Shown here one piece after another: positions 40,274 through 52,022 of a DNA stretch of 55,147 bases. The stretch lies in contig CAVYBH010000016.1 of assembly GCA_963766715.1 (NCBI GenBank), positions 1-55,147 of the forward strand, read 5' to 3'. This DNA is from an uncultured delta proteobacterium (GTDB lineage: Bacteria; Myxococcota; Myxococcia; Myxococcales; Anaeromyxobacteraceae). How positions within the stretch are numbered: position 1 is the first letter of the stretch; every line of letters starts with the position of its first letter. The translations under genes and the position numbers were made by a program. The notes below the pieces were generated by a model that saw only the letters and a list, made by a program, of their open reading frames with translations, searched no databases and was not told where the DNA came from.

Positions 40274-43200
40274 ATGATCCAGCGGATCATCCGCTTCTCC
40301 GCGGAGAACCGGTTCCTGGTCATCGCCGGGACGCTGGTCGCTGCTCGCGCTCAGCGTCTACACGATGCGGAACATCCCGCTCGACGCGCTGCCGGACCTC
40401 TCCGACACGCAGGTCATCGTCTACTCGCGGTGGGACCGGAGCCCGGACATCATCGAGGACCAGGTGACCTATCCCATCACCACGGCGCTCCTCGGCGCGC
40501 CGAAGGTGAAGGCCATCCGCGGCTTCTCCGACTTCGGCTTCAGCTACGTCTACGTCATCTTCGAGGACGGCACCGACCCGTACTGGGCCCGCACCCGCGT
40601 CCTCGAGTACCTCTCCAAGATCACCGGGCAGCTGCCGGCCGGGGTGAAGACGGAGCTCGGCCCGGACGCGACCAGCGTCGGCTGGGTGTTCCAGTACGCG
40701 CTGGTGGACCGGAGCGGGAAGCACAGCTCGGACGAGCTCCGCTCGTACCAGGACTGGTTCCTGCGCTACGCCGTCCAGTCGGTGCCCGGCGTCTCGGAGG
40801 TGGCCACGGTCGGCGGCCAGGTCCGCCAGTACCAGATCACCGTGAGCCCCGACCAAGCTCGCCGCCTACAAGCTGCCGCTCGAGGCGGTCATCACCGCCG
40901 TGCGCCGAGGGAACAACGACGTGGGCGGGCGGCTCGTCGAGCTGTCCGGCCGCGAGTACATGGTGCGCGGCCGCGGCTACGTGAAGTCGATCGCCGACCT
41001 GGAGAAGCTCGTCCTCAAGGCCGAGGGGGGCACGCCCATCCAGGTGAAGGACGTGGCCACGGTGGCGCTCGGTCCCGAGATCCGCCGCGGCGTCGCCGAC
41101 TTCAACGGGGAGGGGGACGTGGTGGGCGGCATCGTGGTGATGCGCCAGGGCGAGAACGCGCTCAACGTCATCGAGCGCGTGAAGGCGAAGCTGGCCGAGC
41201 TCGAAGTCGTCGCTGCCCGACGGGGTCGAGGTGGTCACCACCTACGATCGCTCCGGGCTCATCGACGAGGCGATCACCACCGTGAAGCACAAGCTCATCG
41301 AGGAGATCGTGATCGTCTCGATCGTGATCCTGATCTTCCTCTGGCACATCCCCTCGGCCATCGTCCCCATCGTCACGATCCCGGTGTCGGTCGCGCTCGC
41401 GTTCATCCCCATGTACGCGATGGGGATGGGCGCGAACCTCATGTCGCTCGCCGGCATCGCCATCTCCATCGGCGTGCTGGTGGACGGGGCCATCGTCGAG
41501 GTGGAGAACGCCTACAACAAGATCCACCACTGGCAGGCGGACGGCTCGAAGGGCGACTTCCACGAGGTCCGGCTCGAGGCGCTGCTGGAGGTGGGCCCGT
41601 CGGTCTTCTTCTCGCTGCTCGTCATCGCGGTCGCCTTCATGCCGGTGTTCACGCTGGTGGACCAGGAAGGGCGGCTCTTCCGGCCGCTGGCCATCTCGAA
41701 GAACCTGGCCATGGCCATCGCCGCGCTGCTGGCGGTCACGCTCGACCCGGCCATGCGCATGCTCTTCGCGCGCATCGAGCCGTTCCGGTTCAAGCCGAGG
41801 GCGCTCGCCTGGCTCGCCACCCAGGCGCTGGTGGGCACGTACTACTCCGAGGAGCGTCACCCGATCAGCCGGCTGCTGCACAAGGTCTACGAGGGGCCGT
41901 GCCGCTTCGTGCTCCGCCACCCCCGCTCGGTCATCGCGGCCAGCGCGCTCGTCGTGGCGGCCACCGTCCCCGTCTACCTGAAGCTCGGCTCCGAGTTCAT
42001 GCCGCCGCTCAACGAGGGCACCATCCTCTACATGCCGTCGGCCGTGCAGCCCGGCATGTCGGTGGCCGAGGCCCAGGCCGCGCTGCAGTTGCAGGACAAG
42101 ATCCTCCGCACCTTCCCGGAGGTGAAGAGCGTCTTCGGCAAGGCCGGGAGGGCCAACACCTCCACCGACCCGGCGCCCTTCGGGATGATGGAGACGACGG
42201 TCGTGCTGAAGCCCGAGCCGGAGTGGCGGGAGAGGCCCCGCTGGTACTCGGCGAGGGCACCGGAGTGGCTGAAGCCCGCGCTGCGCCCCTTCTGGCGGGA
42301 CCGCATCAGCGAGGAGGAGCTGAAGGCCGAGATGGACGCCGCGCTCCAGATCCCCGGCATCTCGAACGCCTGGACCATGCCCATCAAGGGGCGACTCGAC
42401 ATGCTCTCCACCGGCATCCGCACGCCCATCGGGATCAAGATCTCCGGGGCGAAGCTGCAGGACATCGAGCGGATCGCGCTCGAGACCGAGGCCGCCCTGC
42501 GCAAGCTGCCGGACACCCGGAGCGTCTTCGCGGAGCGCGTGGCGGGCGGGTACTTCCTCGACTTCGTCCTGAAGCGCGACCGGCTCGCCCGCTACGGCCT
42601 CTCCATCGACGACGCGAACCTCATGGTGATGACGGCCGTGGGCGGCGACGAGCAGGGAGTCACGGTGGAGGGGCGCGAGCGCTACTCCATCAACGTCCGG
42701 TACCAGCGGGACTATCGCGAGGACCTCGACGCGCTGAAGCGCGTGCTCCTGCCCCTGCCGCAGGGTGGCCAGATCCCCATGGAGGAGATCGCCGACGTCA
42801 TGCTCGTCTCGGGCCCGTCGATGATCCGCAACGAGAACGGCCTGCTCGCCGGGTACGTGTACGTCGACTTCGACACCTCGAAGATCGACATCGGCTCCTA
42901 CGTCGACGAGGCCAAGAAGGCGGTCGCGGCGGCGGTGCCGGTGCCGACCGGCTACTCGCTCTCCTGGAGCGGCCAGTACGAGAACATGCTGCGGGTCCGC
43001 GAGCGCCTGAAGCTCGTGCTCCCCATCACCATCGTGCTCATCTTCGGGCTGCTCTACATGAACACGAAGTCCGCGACCAAGGCCGGCATCGTCATGCTGG
43101 CCGTGCCCTTCTCGGCCGTCGGGGCGGTGTGGCTCATGTGGGCGCTCGGCTACCACGTGTCGATCGCCGCCTGGGTGGGCATGATCGCGCTCATGGGGCT

Positions 43201-43578
43201 CGACGCCGAGACCGGCGTCTTCATGCTGCTCTTCCTCGACCTGTCCCACGACGACCGGAGGAAGCGCGGGCTCCTGAACACCCGAGGGGACCTGGTCGAG
43301 GCCATCGTGCACGGGGCGGTGAAGCGGATTCGGCCCAAGGCGATGACCGTCGCGGCGGCGTTCATGGGGCTCCTGCCCATCATGTGGTCCACGGGCACCG
43401 GCGCCGACGTGATGAAGCGCATCGCCGCCCCGATGGTGGGCGGCCTCGTGACCTCGTTCGCCCTGGAGCTGCTCGTGTACCCGGCCGTCTACCTGCTCTG
43501 GAAGGGAAGGGTCTCCCCGAAGGCCCGGCGGCTCCGGAGCCGGAGCGCCAGGCGATGGCGACGCCACGGGCAGCCTGA
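40274..43578 (+). CDS. cusA: CusA/SilA-type Cu(I)/Ag(I) RND efflux pump (frameshifts near 40340, 40850, 41205, 43510)
   Basis: [31 protein letters not shown]; Met-triad contexts [42 protein letters not shown]. Confidence 0.95.
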
Positions 43579-43600
43579 CGGGGAGACCCGTCGCCCCAGG

Positions 43601-46600
43601 TCAGTTCCGGCGCATCACGCCCGGATAGGGCTCGAACTCCTCGATGAGCGCGGTGACGTCCCGGCTCACCTTCGCGCCCGTGCCGACGTCCACGCTGACG
43701 AGCCGCCGGGCGGTGTTCTTCCCGCCGACGTCGTAGTCGAAGACCACCGCCACGACGACGCCGTCCGCCGTCTCGGCCAGGTAGCCCTGCACCTGCGTCG
43801 ACGCCGATGCCGCAGCCTTCAGGTCCGCGACCAGCGTCACGGTCCTGCCCGCCACGTCGAGCCTCATCAGCTTGCCGTTGGCGGTGCCGTAGAAGAGCGA
43901 TCCGGCGCGGGTGGACAGCGGCTTCGTCGACGGCACGTCCGTGAGCCCGGTGACGATCGCCGTCACGACCGGCTTCGCCCTGCACAGCGCCGCGTCTGCG
44001 ACGCCCTTGTCGAATCTCGAAGATCGTGCCCTGGTCCGCGTTCGCCACCTTGGACGTGGCCAGGTACATCGCGTCGTTCGCCGGGGAGTACGTGGCGCCG
44101 GATACGATGCGGTTGGCGTTCCCCGAGGCCGCCGAGGCCGGCCCGAAGACGTCGGACTGGGCGCACGACCGCGCCGTCGGCTGCGCGCACGCAGCCGAGT
44201 GTGGCGTTCACGAGGTGGTCCGAGAACGGGTTGACGCTGCTCTGCCAGAAGGGCAGGTAGATCGCCGCCGACCTGCGGCCGGCCGGGGTGTAGGTGTCGA
44301 CCGGGGTGTAGTTCCAGTTCTGTTCCTTCTGGTAGAGGGTCGTGAACACGCCCGTGGAGAGATTCAGCCGTGAGATGACCCGGTAGTCCTGGGCGGGAAT
44401 GGTGAAGAGATCGCGATAGTCGACCGCCGTCCAGACGCTGCCGTCATCGAGCCGGACCGCCTCCGGCGAGAAGTCGAGGAAGCGGATGAGGGAATCGGCC
44501 GTAAACCTGATCCAGCTCTGGATCCCCCCGTTCCGAGGTCGAGCACGTAGAATCCCGGCCCGGCCCCGTTGGCCCGGGGCCCCCCCACGTAGCCGTACTT
44601 CCCTGCCGCCGTCGTGGGCTTGGTCATGTCCATGAAGCCGAGCGCCGTGCCATTGCCCAGGTCGAGCAGCTTGCCCTTCGGGTACGCGCCCTCGACAGGG
44701 TCGAAGGTGATGGTGGTCGTGTTCCCGGTGACGCGGTCGTACTTGTTGAGCGTGTTGGAGTACCCGAGCCGCTGCGTGCCGAACCACACCACGTAGCGGT
44801 CGGCGATGGGTTCGCCCACGGACCCGCCCACGCCGGGGTCGCCGAAGAAGTACTGCCCGGTGGTGGTCTCGTTCGCGGTGACGAGCACGCGCTGCGGGTA
44901 GCCGATGGCGGGGTCCATCTCCTCGATGGTGGATGGGACACACGGGATCGTGCCGTCGAGGCAGTCGCTCTCGTCACCACCGTTCGCAAAGAACCGGCGC
45001 GAGAGGAGCGACATGTTGGCGCCCCGGAAGCGCTTGAAGCCGGTCCACCAGCCGGGCATGGTGGCTTGCTGGTCGAGGACGTCGCCCCTCGTATAGGTGA
45101 AGATCCGCGGGGGGGAGTCGGGAATCAGGGGATCGTCAGACCCGTGAAGTCCGGAGTAGAGCGCGATGGAGTTGCCGAACGTGTCGAGCGGCAGCATGCC
45201 GCCTGGGTCGTAGGCCCGGTACTGCACCTCCCAGTAGAATCCCGTTCCGAGCTGGGCGCCGGCCTTGAAGAAGTACATCTGGCCACCGGACCCGGGTCCC
45301 GAGGTGGTCCACCGCACGGCAGACGGGTAGAGACCTGAATCCGTACGAATCCCAGTAGATCTGCCGCCCCATGTGGAGGAGCGGGTCGACCGGGCCCTGG
45401 CCCGGGCTGGGCCGCATCGTCGTAGCCGAGCGCGAAGGTCCAGGGCTTCGAGAGGTCGGTCGCATCGGTGGGGCGCAGCGCGAACATCCGCCCGTAGATC
45501 TTGTCCATGGGCCTGCCATCGAAGACCCAAGGGTTGCAGTTCCCCGGCTCGTTGGGCGGGTTCTCGGGGCGGACCTCGTAGTTCTCCCCGACCCGCGCCA
45601 TGAAGACCGCGTCGTTTCCCGCCCCGTCCTTGCCCCAGACCATCTCGCTCTGGCCGTCCACGGTGGCCACCCGGATGGACTTGCAATAGCTCCCCTGCCC
45701 CACCTCGTAGTCGAAGAAGTCGTAGACCACGGACTCGGAGAGGTAGTTCGCGCTGGTGGGGTCGATGTTCACGTACACGAGCGCCCCCTCCATGATCACG
45801 CCGCCGTCGGTCGAGAGGAGGAGCAGCCCCTTGCCATCCGGGGTGAGGAGCGGCCTGCGGTAGAAGCCGGTGAGCTTCTCGAACGCAAACATGTCGCCGG
45901 CGAGGCCCGCCTGGGCAGGGTACTCGCGACCGGAGAGGGTCTTCAGGAGGACGAGGGCGTCGGTGGCCGGGTCGAAGCTGACGAGCACGCCGGTCTCCCA
46001 CGCCCCGCCGCCGTTCAGCACGCCGTAGAACTTCTCGTCCGCACCGTTCCAGACCAGGCCCTGGCCATCCAGCGCCTGGTGGTTCGCGATCCAGGGCTTG
46101 CCCGCGAGGTCGCGGAAGGTCGACGCGGTGCCGCCGGGGGTGAACGGCAGGTCGGTGAGCTGCCCGAGCATCCCCGTTCCGGTCGAGGCGCTTGCGAGTA
46201 GCATGGAGGCGGCCTGGAATGGTGACCGTCGCCGTGGAGGTCGTTGGGCCTCCGGCGCTCGTGGCCGTCAACGTGTACGTCGTCGTCACGACCGGCGTCA
46301 CGACGATGCTCGTCCCTGTGACGGTCCCGATTCCATTGTCGACGGAGACGGTCGTTGCGCCCGTCACCGACCAGGCCAGCGTGGAGGAGCCACCGCGGGC
46401 GATGGTCGAGGGCGTCGCAGTGAAGGAGGCGATCACGGGCACCGGGAGCAGTGTCACGTCGACGGTGGCCGTCGCCGTGACGGGACCGGAGGCGTTCGTC
46501 GCGGTCAACGTGTAGGTCGTCGTCGCCAGGGGGTTCACGGTGACGATCGTTCCCGTCACCGTTCCCACCCCGTGATCGATCTCGAGCGACGTCGCCTCCG

Positions 46601-47033
46601 ACACGGACCAGGCCAGTGTCACCGTTCCGCCCACGACGACGCTCGACGGCGTCGCGGTGAACGACGAGATCACCGGAACGGGGACGGGAGTCACGGTGAC
46701 GGTCGCCGTGGCGGTCGAGTCGCCACCGGCGTTGGTCGCCGTCAGCGCATAGGTCGTCGTCGTCGTGGGAGAGACCACCACGCTGGTCCCGGCGACGGGC
46801 CCCACCCCGTGGTCGATGGCGAGAGACGTCGCACCCGACACGGTCCAGGCCAGGGTGGACGAGCCTCCAGAGACGATGCTCACCGGCGTCGCCCCGAAGC
46901 TGGAGATCACCGGCACCGGGGTGGACGTCCCGCCGCTGCTGCAAGCGGCCAGGGTGAGGGCGGCGACACCGGCCATCAGGAACCGGCGGGACGGCGGCCT
47001 CGCGAAAGGATGCATGCGGCGCTCCTCGGGCAT
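43601..47033 (-). CDS. Large lipoprotein: three Ig-like modules + beta-propeller-like region with GloVer-like repeats (several frameshifts)
   Basis: Lipobox LAAC; 3 x PVIxSFxATP...GGxxTLAWxVxxAT...TTTYxLTAT; KFYGVLNGGGAWETGVLVSFDP, MYLATSK...QGTIFE, LFYGTANGKL. Reconstructed from ORF pieces; continuity inferred. Confidence 0.65.
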
Positions 47034-47202
47034 GCTCCTCGTCGGAACTGCCCACTCCCCCGGTTCGAGGAAGATGGTCGCCTGGCGCCTGAGAGCTTCT
47101 CAAGGGATACACGGAAAGTGATGTCTACTCTTCTGGGGTGGGTGGATGTGACTCACCTCGGCGTGGGGCTCGACCCGCCGAGGGCGCACGGAGCGTGGAG
47201 CG

Positions 47203-49570
47203 TCACGCCTCGAGGGGCGCGGCGGGCAATTCCATCCGGAACGTGGAGCTCTTGCCGACCTCGCTCTCCACGGTGAGCGTGCCCCCGTGGGCCGTCACGA
47301 TGGACCGGCTGACGGCGAGGCCGAGCCCCGAGCCCTTCCCCTCGCCCACCGGGCGCGTCGTGAAGAACGGATTGAAGATGCGCTCCAGGATCGCCGGATC
47401 GATGCCGACGCCGTGGTCGACGACGTCGAGCCGGGCCATCCCCGGCGCCCCGGATCCGACGCGGATGACGACCTCACCCGGCATCCCCGGCCTGGCGGCC
47501 TTGGCCGCGTTCGTGACCAGGTTCACCACCACCTGCGTGATCTGACCGGCCGAGACCAGGACCTCCGGGGCGACCTCCTTCTTCACCTGGATGGAGGCTC
47601 CGGCCCGGACGGAGGGAGGCAGCCAGCGCACTGGCCGCGTCCACGACGTCTTCCAGGCGGGCCCGCGTCCCGCTTCGGATCCGGACTGGAGAAGATCGCC
47701 ATGTCCTTGATGATCTGGGCGATGCGCGCCCCGCTCTCCTGCGCGTCGCCGAGCGCCTCGCCGCGTCCTCCACCAGCCGGACGGCCTCCGCCGGATCGAG
47801 CGGGCCTCGTCGAGCGAGGCGTTCCTTCAGCTCCTGGAGGACCTCCAGCGCCACGCCCTGGCCCGAGATGACGGCCGCCAGCGGATTGTTGATCTCGTGC
47901 GCCGTCCCGGCCACCAGCGTCCCCAGTGCCGCCAGCCGATCCTTCGAGGCGATCACCGCCCGCATCCGGGTGCGCTCCTCCTCGGCGTTCCTGGCAAGGG
48001 TGGTCTCCACGACCGTGACGAGAAGCGCTGGCTGGCCACCCTCGTCGGGAGGAATGCGCTGGAAGACGAAGGAGAAGTACGCGTCTCCTCCGGGCGACCG
48101 GTACCGTCGCGGTCGATGTCGTACCGGACGTTCTCCGCATGAAACGGCTCGCCCGTCTCCAGGACGCGCGGTCATGACGGGAATGACCCGACCCGCGAAC
48201 TCGGGCCAGCACTCCGCATAGGTGTTCCCGATCAGCGACTTGCCCGGAGCGATGGCCTGGTAGGCCGGGCTCACGAGCTCGTAACGGAAGTCCGGCCCCC
48301 GCAGGACGGCGAATCCGACCGGCGTGGACCTCAGGATCCCGTTCACCAGGGCCGTCTCCAGGCGAAGGGCTGCCTCCGCACGCTTGTGGAGGGTGATGTC
48401 CAGGAAGGTCACCACGACGCGTCGCACGCGATGCGCCTCGCCGAGCTCCGGGTAGGCGTTCACGAGCACCCAGGCCCGATCACCGGTCGCGGGTCGATCG
48501 ATCCCGATCACCTGGTCGACCATCGGCGCGCTCGTCGCGAGGACGACCGCCACTGGATACTCCTCGGGCGGCATGGTCGTCCCGTCCTCGCGAACGAAGC
48601 GCCAGGCAGGGTCCACGGCATCCTTGCCCCGCATCTGGTCGGCCGAGAGGCCCAGCAGGGTGCTGGCCCTGAGGTTGCTCAGCAGGATGCTCGTGTCCGG
48701 TGCGTGGACGACGACCCCGGCATTCAGGTTGTCCAGGAGACTGCGGTACTGCTCCTCGCTCGCCCGCAGCGCCTCCTCGGCCATCTTGCGCTCGGTGATG
48801 TCGGTGATGGCCCCGGAGACGTGGACGGGGCGGCCACCCGCGTCGCGACCCACCACCCGGCCCCGGCTCCGGAGCCAGCGAGGGGTCCCGTCCGCCCGCC
48901 GGATCCGGTACTCCCACACGTGTTCGTCCGTCTCGCCCGCGCCGATGGCAGCCATGTCGGCCTGGATGCGCGGGAGATCGGCGGGATCCACGTGGGCCAT
49001 CAACGCCTCGGCGGAGATCTCCTTCGTGCCGGCCGGCAGTCCGTGGATCTCGCAGTAGCGCTGGGTCACGGAGACGCGACCCGTTGCCGCCTCGAAATCC
49101 CCGAACCCGTCGGAGCTTCCCTCCTGGACGCGGACCAGGAGGGCCTCGCTCCGCCGCAGCGCCTCCTCGGCCCGCTTGCGCTCCGAGATGTCGATGAGGT
49201 TGCTGATGAAGAGCCGCACGGCGCCCCCCGGGCCCATCACGGCCCGGGTGGTCACGTCGGCCCACAGGATGGACCCGTCCTTCCGGATGTACCGCTTCTC
49301 CGTCCGTCCGCCGGCGCTGGGAGCCTCGACGGCTCGCGCGATCGCCCGATCGGTCGCCTCCAGGTCTTCCGGGTGGGTGATGTCGCGCCAGCTCAACGCC
49401 AGCAGTTCACGCTCCGGATACCCCAGCATCTCGCAGAGCGCCTGGTTCACCCGGAGGGGACGGCCGTCCGGCGCCATCAGCGCCTTGCCGATGGAAGCGT
49501 TCTCGAATGCGACCCGGAAGAGTTCCGCGGTGTCGCGAAGGACGTCGTCCCCCAGCCTGTCCTCCGACAT
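47203..49570 (-). CDS. Soluble multi-PAS sensor histidine kinase (frameshifts 47630-48170)
   Basis: Four PAS/PAC-like units (FENASIG..ITHPED, EYRIRRADG..RWLRSRG, LLDNLNAGV, ILRSTPVG), AHEINNPL, QVVVNLVTNA, DHGVGI, FNPFFTTR..GKGSGLGL. Confidence 0.9.
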
Positions 49571-49654
49571 GTCCCCCTCGCTCTCCGCGCGCACGACAGT
49601 CTGACCCATCCGTGGGCACACGGTCCATGACCAGGACCGGAAGGGGCGGACGCG

Positions 49655-49696
49655 AAGAAGACCGGGACCCCGGGCAGATGCCCCGGGAAGTCCCGG
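49655..49696 (-). terminator. Putative intrinsic terminator after the PA-domain protease
   Basis: Minus strand CCGGGACTTCCCGGGGCATCTGCCCGGGGTCCCGG followed by TCTTCTT. Confidence 0.45.
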
Positions 49697-49738
49697 CCTC
49701 GGACTGGAACGGGAAGCCGGGTGGACCGGCCCCCCTGC

Positions 49739-51439
49739 TCATGGGGCCTTCGCCGCGGCGCTCTGGATGGCGCCCTTCTGCGCGCCGGTCACGATTCCCA
49801 TCTTCACGAGTTCGTTCCCGAGCCCGGCGACGCAGCTCACGAAGGCGCCGTGGTTGGCCGCCCCGGCTCCGCAGCGTCCGACCAGGTCGGAGACGGTGCA
49901 GCCGTTCGTGAAGAGCGTGTTGGGGACGCCCGTGTTCCTGCCGGCGATCACGACCATGGGTCGGAGGTCCGAGCCGAGGCACTGATCGCCCGCATCGTCG
50001 GCCACCATGTCCAGATCGGCGTCGGGGTACCAGCCGACGTCCCGCAGGAGCAGGTGGGTGAGGTCGACCGGGGCGTCCACCGTCAGCTGGAGGTCCTGGT
50101 TGATGGCCGGCTCCATGAGCTGGTTGGGCGTGGCGATGGTGTCCCAGTGCGAGACCGAGGAGCCCGACTGCACCGGGTTCGGCGTGTAGAGCAGGGCGTT
50201 CCCGGCGCGGTCGGCGCCGGCGCGGACCGCGGGGTCCACACCCAGTGTGGCGCGCGCAGGCAGGGCGGCGACGATGGCCTGGCCGTCCGCCAGCGTGATG
50301 CGGACGGACGGGATCGTGATGGTCGGATCGGCGCCGCCCAGGCCCGCCGGCGGGCCGCCCGCCACGTTGTCGATCACGACCATGGCGATCGCCCCGGCGG
50401 CCTGGACGTTGGCTGCCTTCACCACGAACCCGCAGGTCCCGCGCTGCACCACGGCCACGCGACCGGCCACGCTGGCGGCGTTGGTGATGGCCGAGCAGGC
50501 GTCGATCGTCGACAACCCGGCCGCGTTCGACGCGTCGAGCGCGACCACGAGGTCGCCGGTGATTCCGGGCGCGGCGAGCGCCGGACCGAACGAGGCGGCT
50601 CCGACCGGGTAGTCACCTGCCGCCGCGCTCGGGGCGTTCACCCGGAGGAGCGGCGTGCCGGATGCGAGCACGGTGGGCACCGCGCCGCTCACGTGCCCGC
50701 CGGTCCAGACCACGTTGCGCGGGTTGATGGCCGAGGTCAGTCGCTCGGCGTCGGTCATCTCGAGCCGGAACTTCCCGGTGGAGTTGTCGAAGTAGAACTT
50801 CGAGTAGACGTCGGCGAAGCCGGCGAGCAGCGTGCCCGTCGAGACGTTCGCGAAGCTGGAGAAGCCCAGGCCGTGCGCGAACTCGTGCAGGAGCACGGTG
50901 ACGAGGTTGATCTGGCTGGCGGTGTGGCCGGTGTCGAGCCCGTAGTACCAGCCGGTTCCCGCCAGGCAGGTGGGCGTCCCGATGTTGCTGTTGAAGCGGG
51001 CCCGGATGTCGTCGGCGCTGGTGTTGGTGGGGCCCGGGATCAGGTCCTCGCCCGCGAGCTTGTTGGCGAGCGCGGTGTGGTAGAGGGTGTCGGCGTACTC
51101 GGCTCCGGGGAAGCCGAGGACGACCTGGATGGCGCCGGCGGAGCCGAGCGTGGCGGCCGTGGCGGTACAGGTCAGCGGCACGAACGACGACTGGATGCGG
51201 ATCTCGACCCTGCTGTCCAGGGCGGCGCCCCAGATGTCGGCCGCGTGCTGGAAGGCGATGAGCCGCTGCTGGCCGACGGTGGTGCCGCCGTTCCCGCCCA
51301 CCGGCGACGCGGGGGTCGGGTCGTTGAAGCCGACCCCGGCGGCGTTGACGTTGACGATGGTGATCTGGGCTCCCCGGGCCGCGGCGGGGAGCGCCGCGAG
51401 GGAGAGGGCGAGGAGCGTCGAGGAGAGCGTGGCGCGCAT
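49739..51439 (-). CDS. Secreted zinc metalloprotease with inserted PA domain
   Basis: Own GAGGAG RBS and signal MRATLSSTLLALSLAALPAAARG; HEFAHGLGF; PA domain VAVVQRGTCGFVVKAANVQAAGA; SVSHWD...LMEP. Confidence 0.88.
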   Translation of the reverse strand: MRATLSSTLLALSLAALPAAARGAQITIVNVNAAGVGFNDPTPASPVGGNGGTTVGQQRLIAFQHAADIWGAALDSRVEIRIQSSFVPLTCTATAATLGSAGAIQVVLGFPGAEYADTLYHTALANKLAGEDLIPGPTNTSADDIRARFNSNIGTPTCLAGTGWYYGLDTGHTASQINLVTVLLHEFAHGLGFSSFANVSTGTLLAGFADVYSKFYFDNSTGKFRLEMTDAERLTSAINPRNVVWTGGHVSGAVPTVLASGTPLLRVNAPSAAAGDYPVGAASFGPALAAPGITGDLVVALDASNAAGLSTIDACSAITNAASVAGRVAVVQRGTCGFVVKAANVQAAGAIAMVVIDNVAGGPPAGLGGADPTITIPSVRITLADGQAIVAALPARATLGVDPAVRAGADRAGNALLYTPNPVQSGSSVSHWDTIATPNQLMEPAINQDLQLTVDAPVDLTHLLLRDVGWYPDADLDMVADDAGDQCLGSDLRPMVVIAGRNTGVPNTLFTNGCTVSDLVGRCGAGAANHGAFVSCVAGLGNELVKMGIVTGAQKGAIQSAAAKAP

Positions 51440-51441
51440 GG

Positions 51442-51877
51442 TCACTTCTCCTCGAGGATGGGGGTGGCGGACGGACTTCTTCACCGGCTCCGGGGCTGGA
51501 CGCTCCAGGAAGGCGCGGGCCTCGCCGGGCGTCGAGACGCATTCGGTGCGAACGCCACCGGCGCCCACCCGAGCGACCGAGACGCTCTGGAAGCGGTCGT
51601 CCAGGTCGATGGTCATGACCCCGTTCGGCTGGCGGACGACGGTGAGCCCCTCGGACGACTGGTCGAGCTGGCGCTGCATGCCCTGGAGCAGCGTCTCCAC
51701 CTCCTCGCGGGTGGGCTGCCGCAGCTTCCCTGTGGCGGGATCGACTGCGACCTGGACCCCGTCGCCTGCTCCGTCCTTGTCCTTCGCCTGGCCCTTGCCT
51801 GCGTGCTGGGCGAGCGCGAGCCCGGGCAATCCGAGCAGCGCGACCAGCGTGATCGCGACACGTATCGTGAGACGCAT
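51442..51877 (-). CDS. Small secreted protein (resembles the post-PEP-CTERM-1-like family); appears fused to the protease only through an indel
   Basis: Signal peptide; VAVDPATGKLRQPT, GLTVVRQPNG...DLDDRFQSVSVARV...TEC; an alternative frame ends PILEEK-TGA 2 nt before the protease ATG. Confidence 0.7.
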
Positions 51878-52022
51878 CCGGTTTCCCCCTGGTGAAGTGG
51901 GTGCTGCGGTGGCCGCCTGCCATAGCGAGGACGGTCGTGCTTTCCCAACCGAACCGGGGCGTCACCGAAAGAAAACCTGGCCGGGCGCGCTGGCGCGACG
52001 CGTCATTCCGCGTCGTGTCGCG

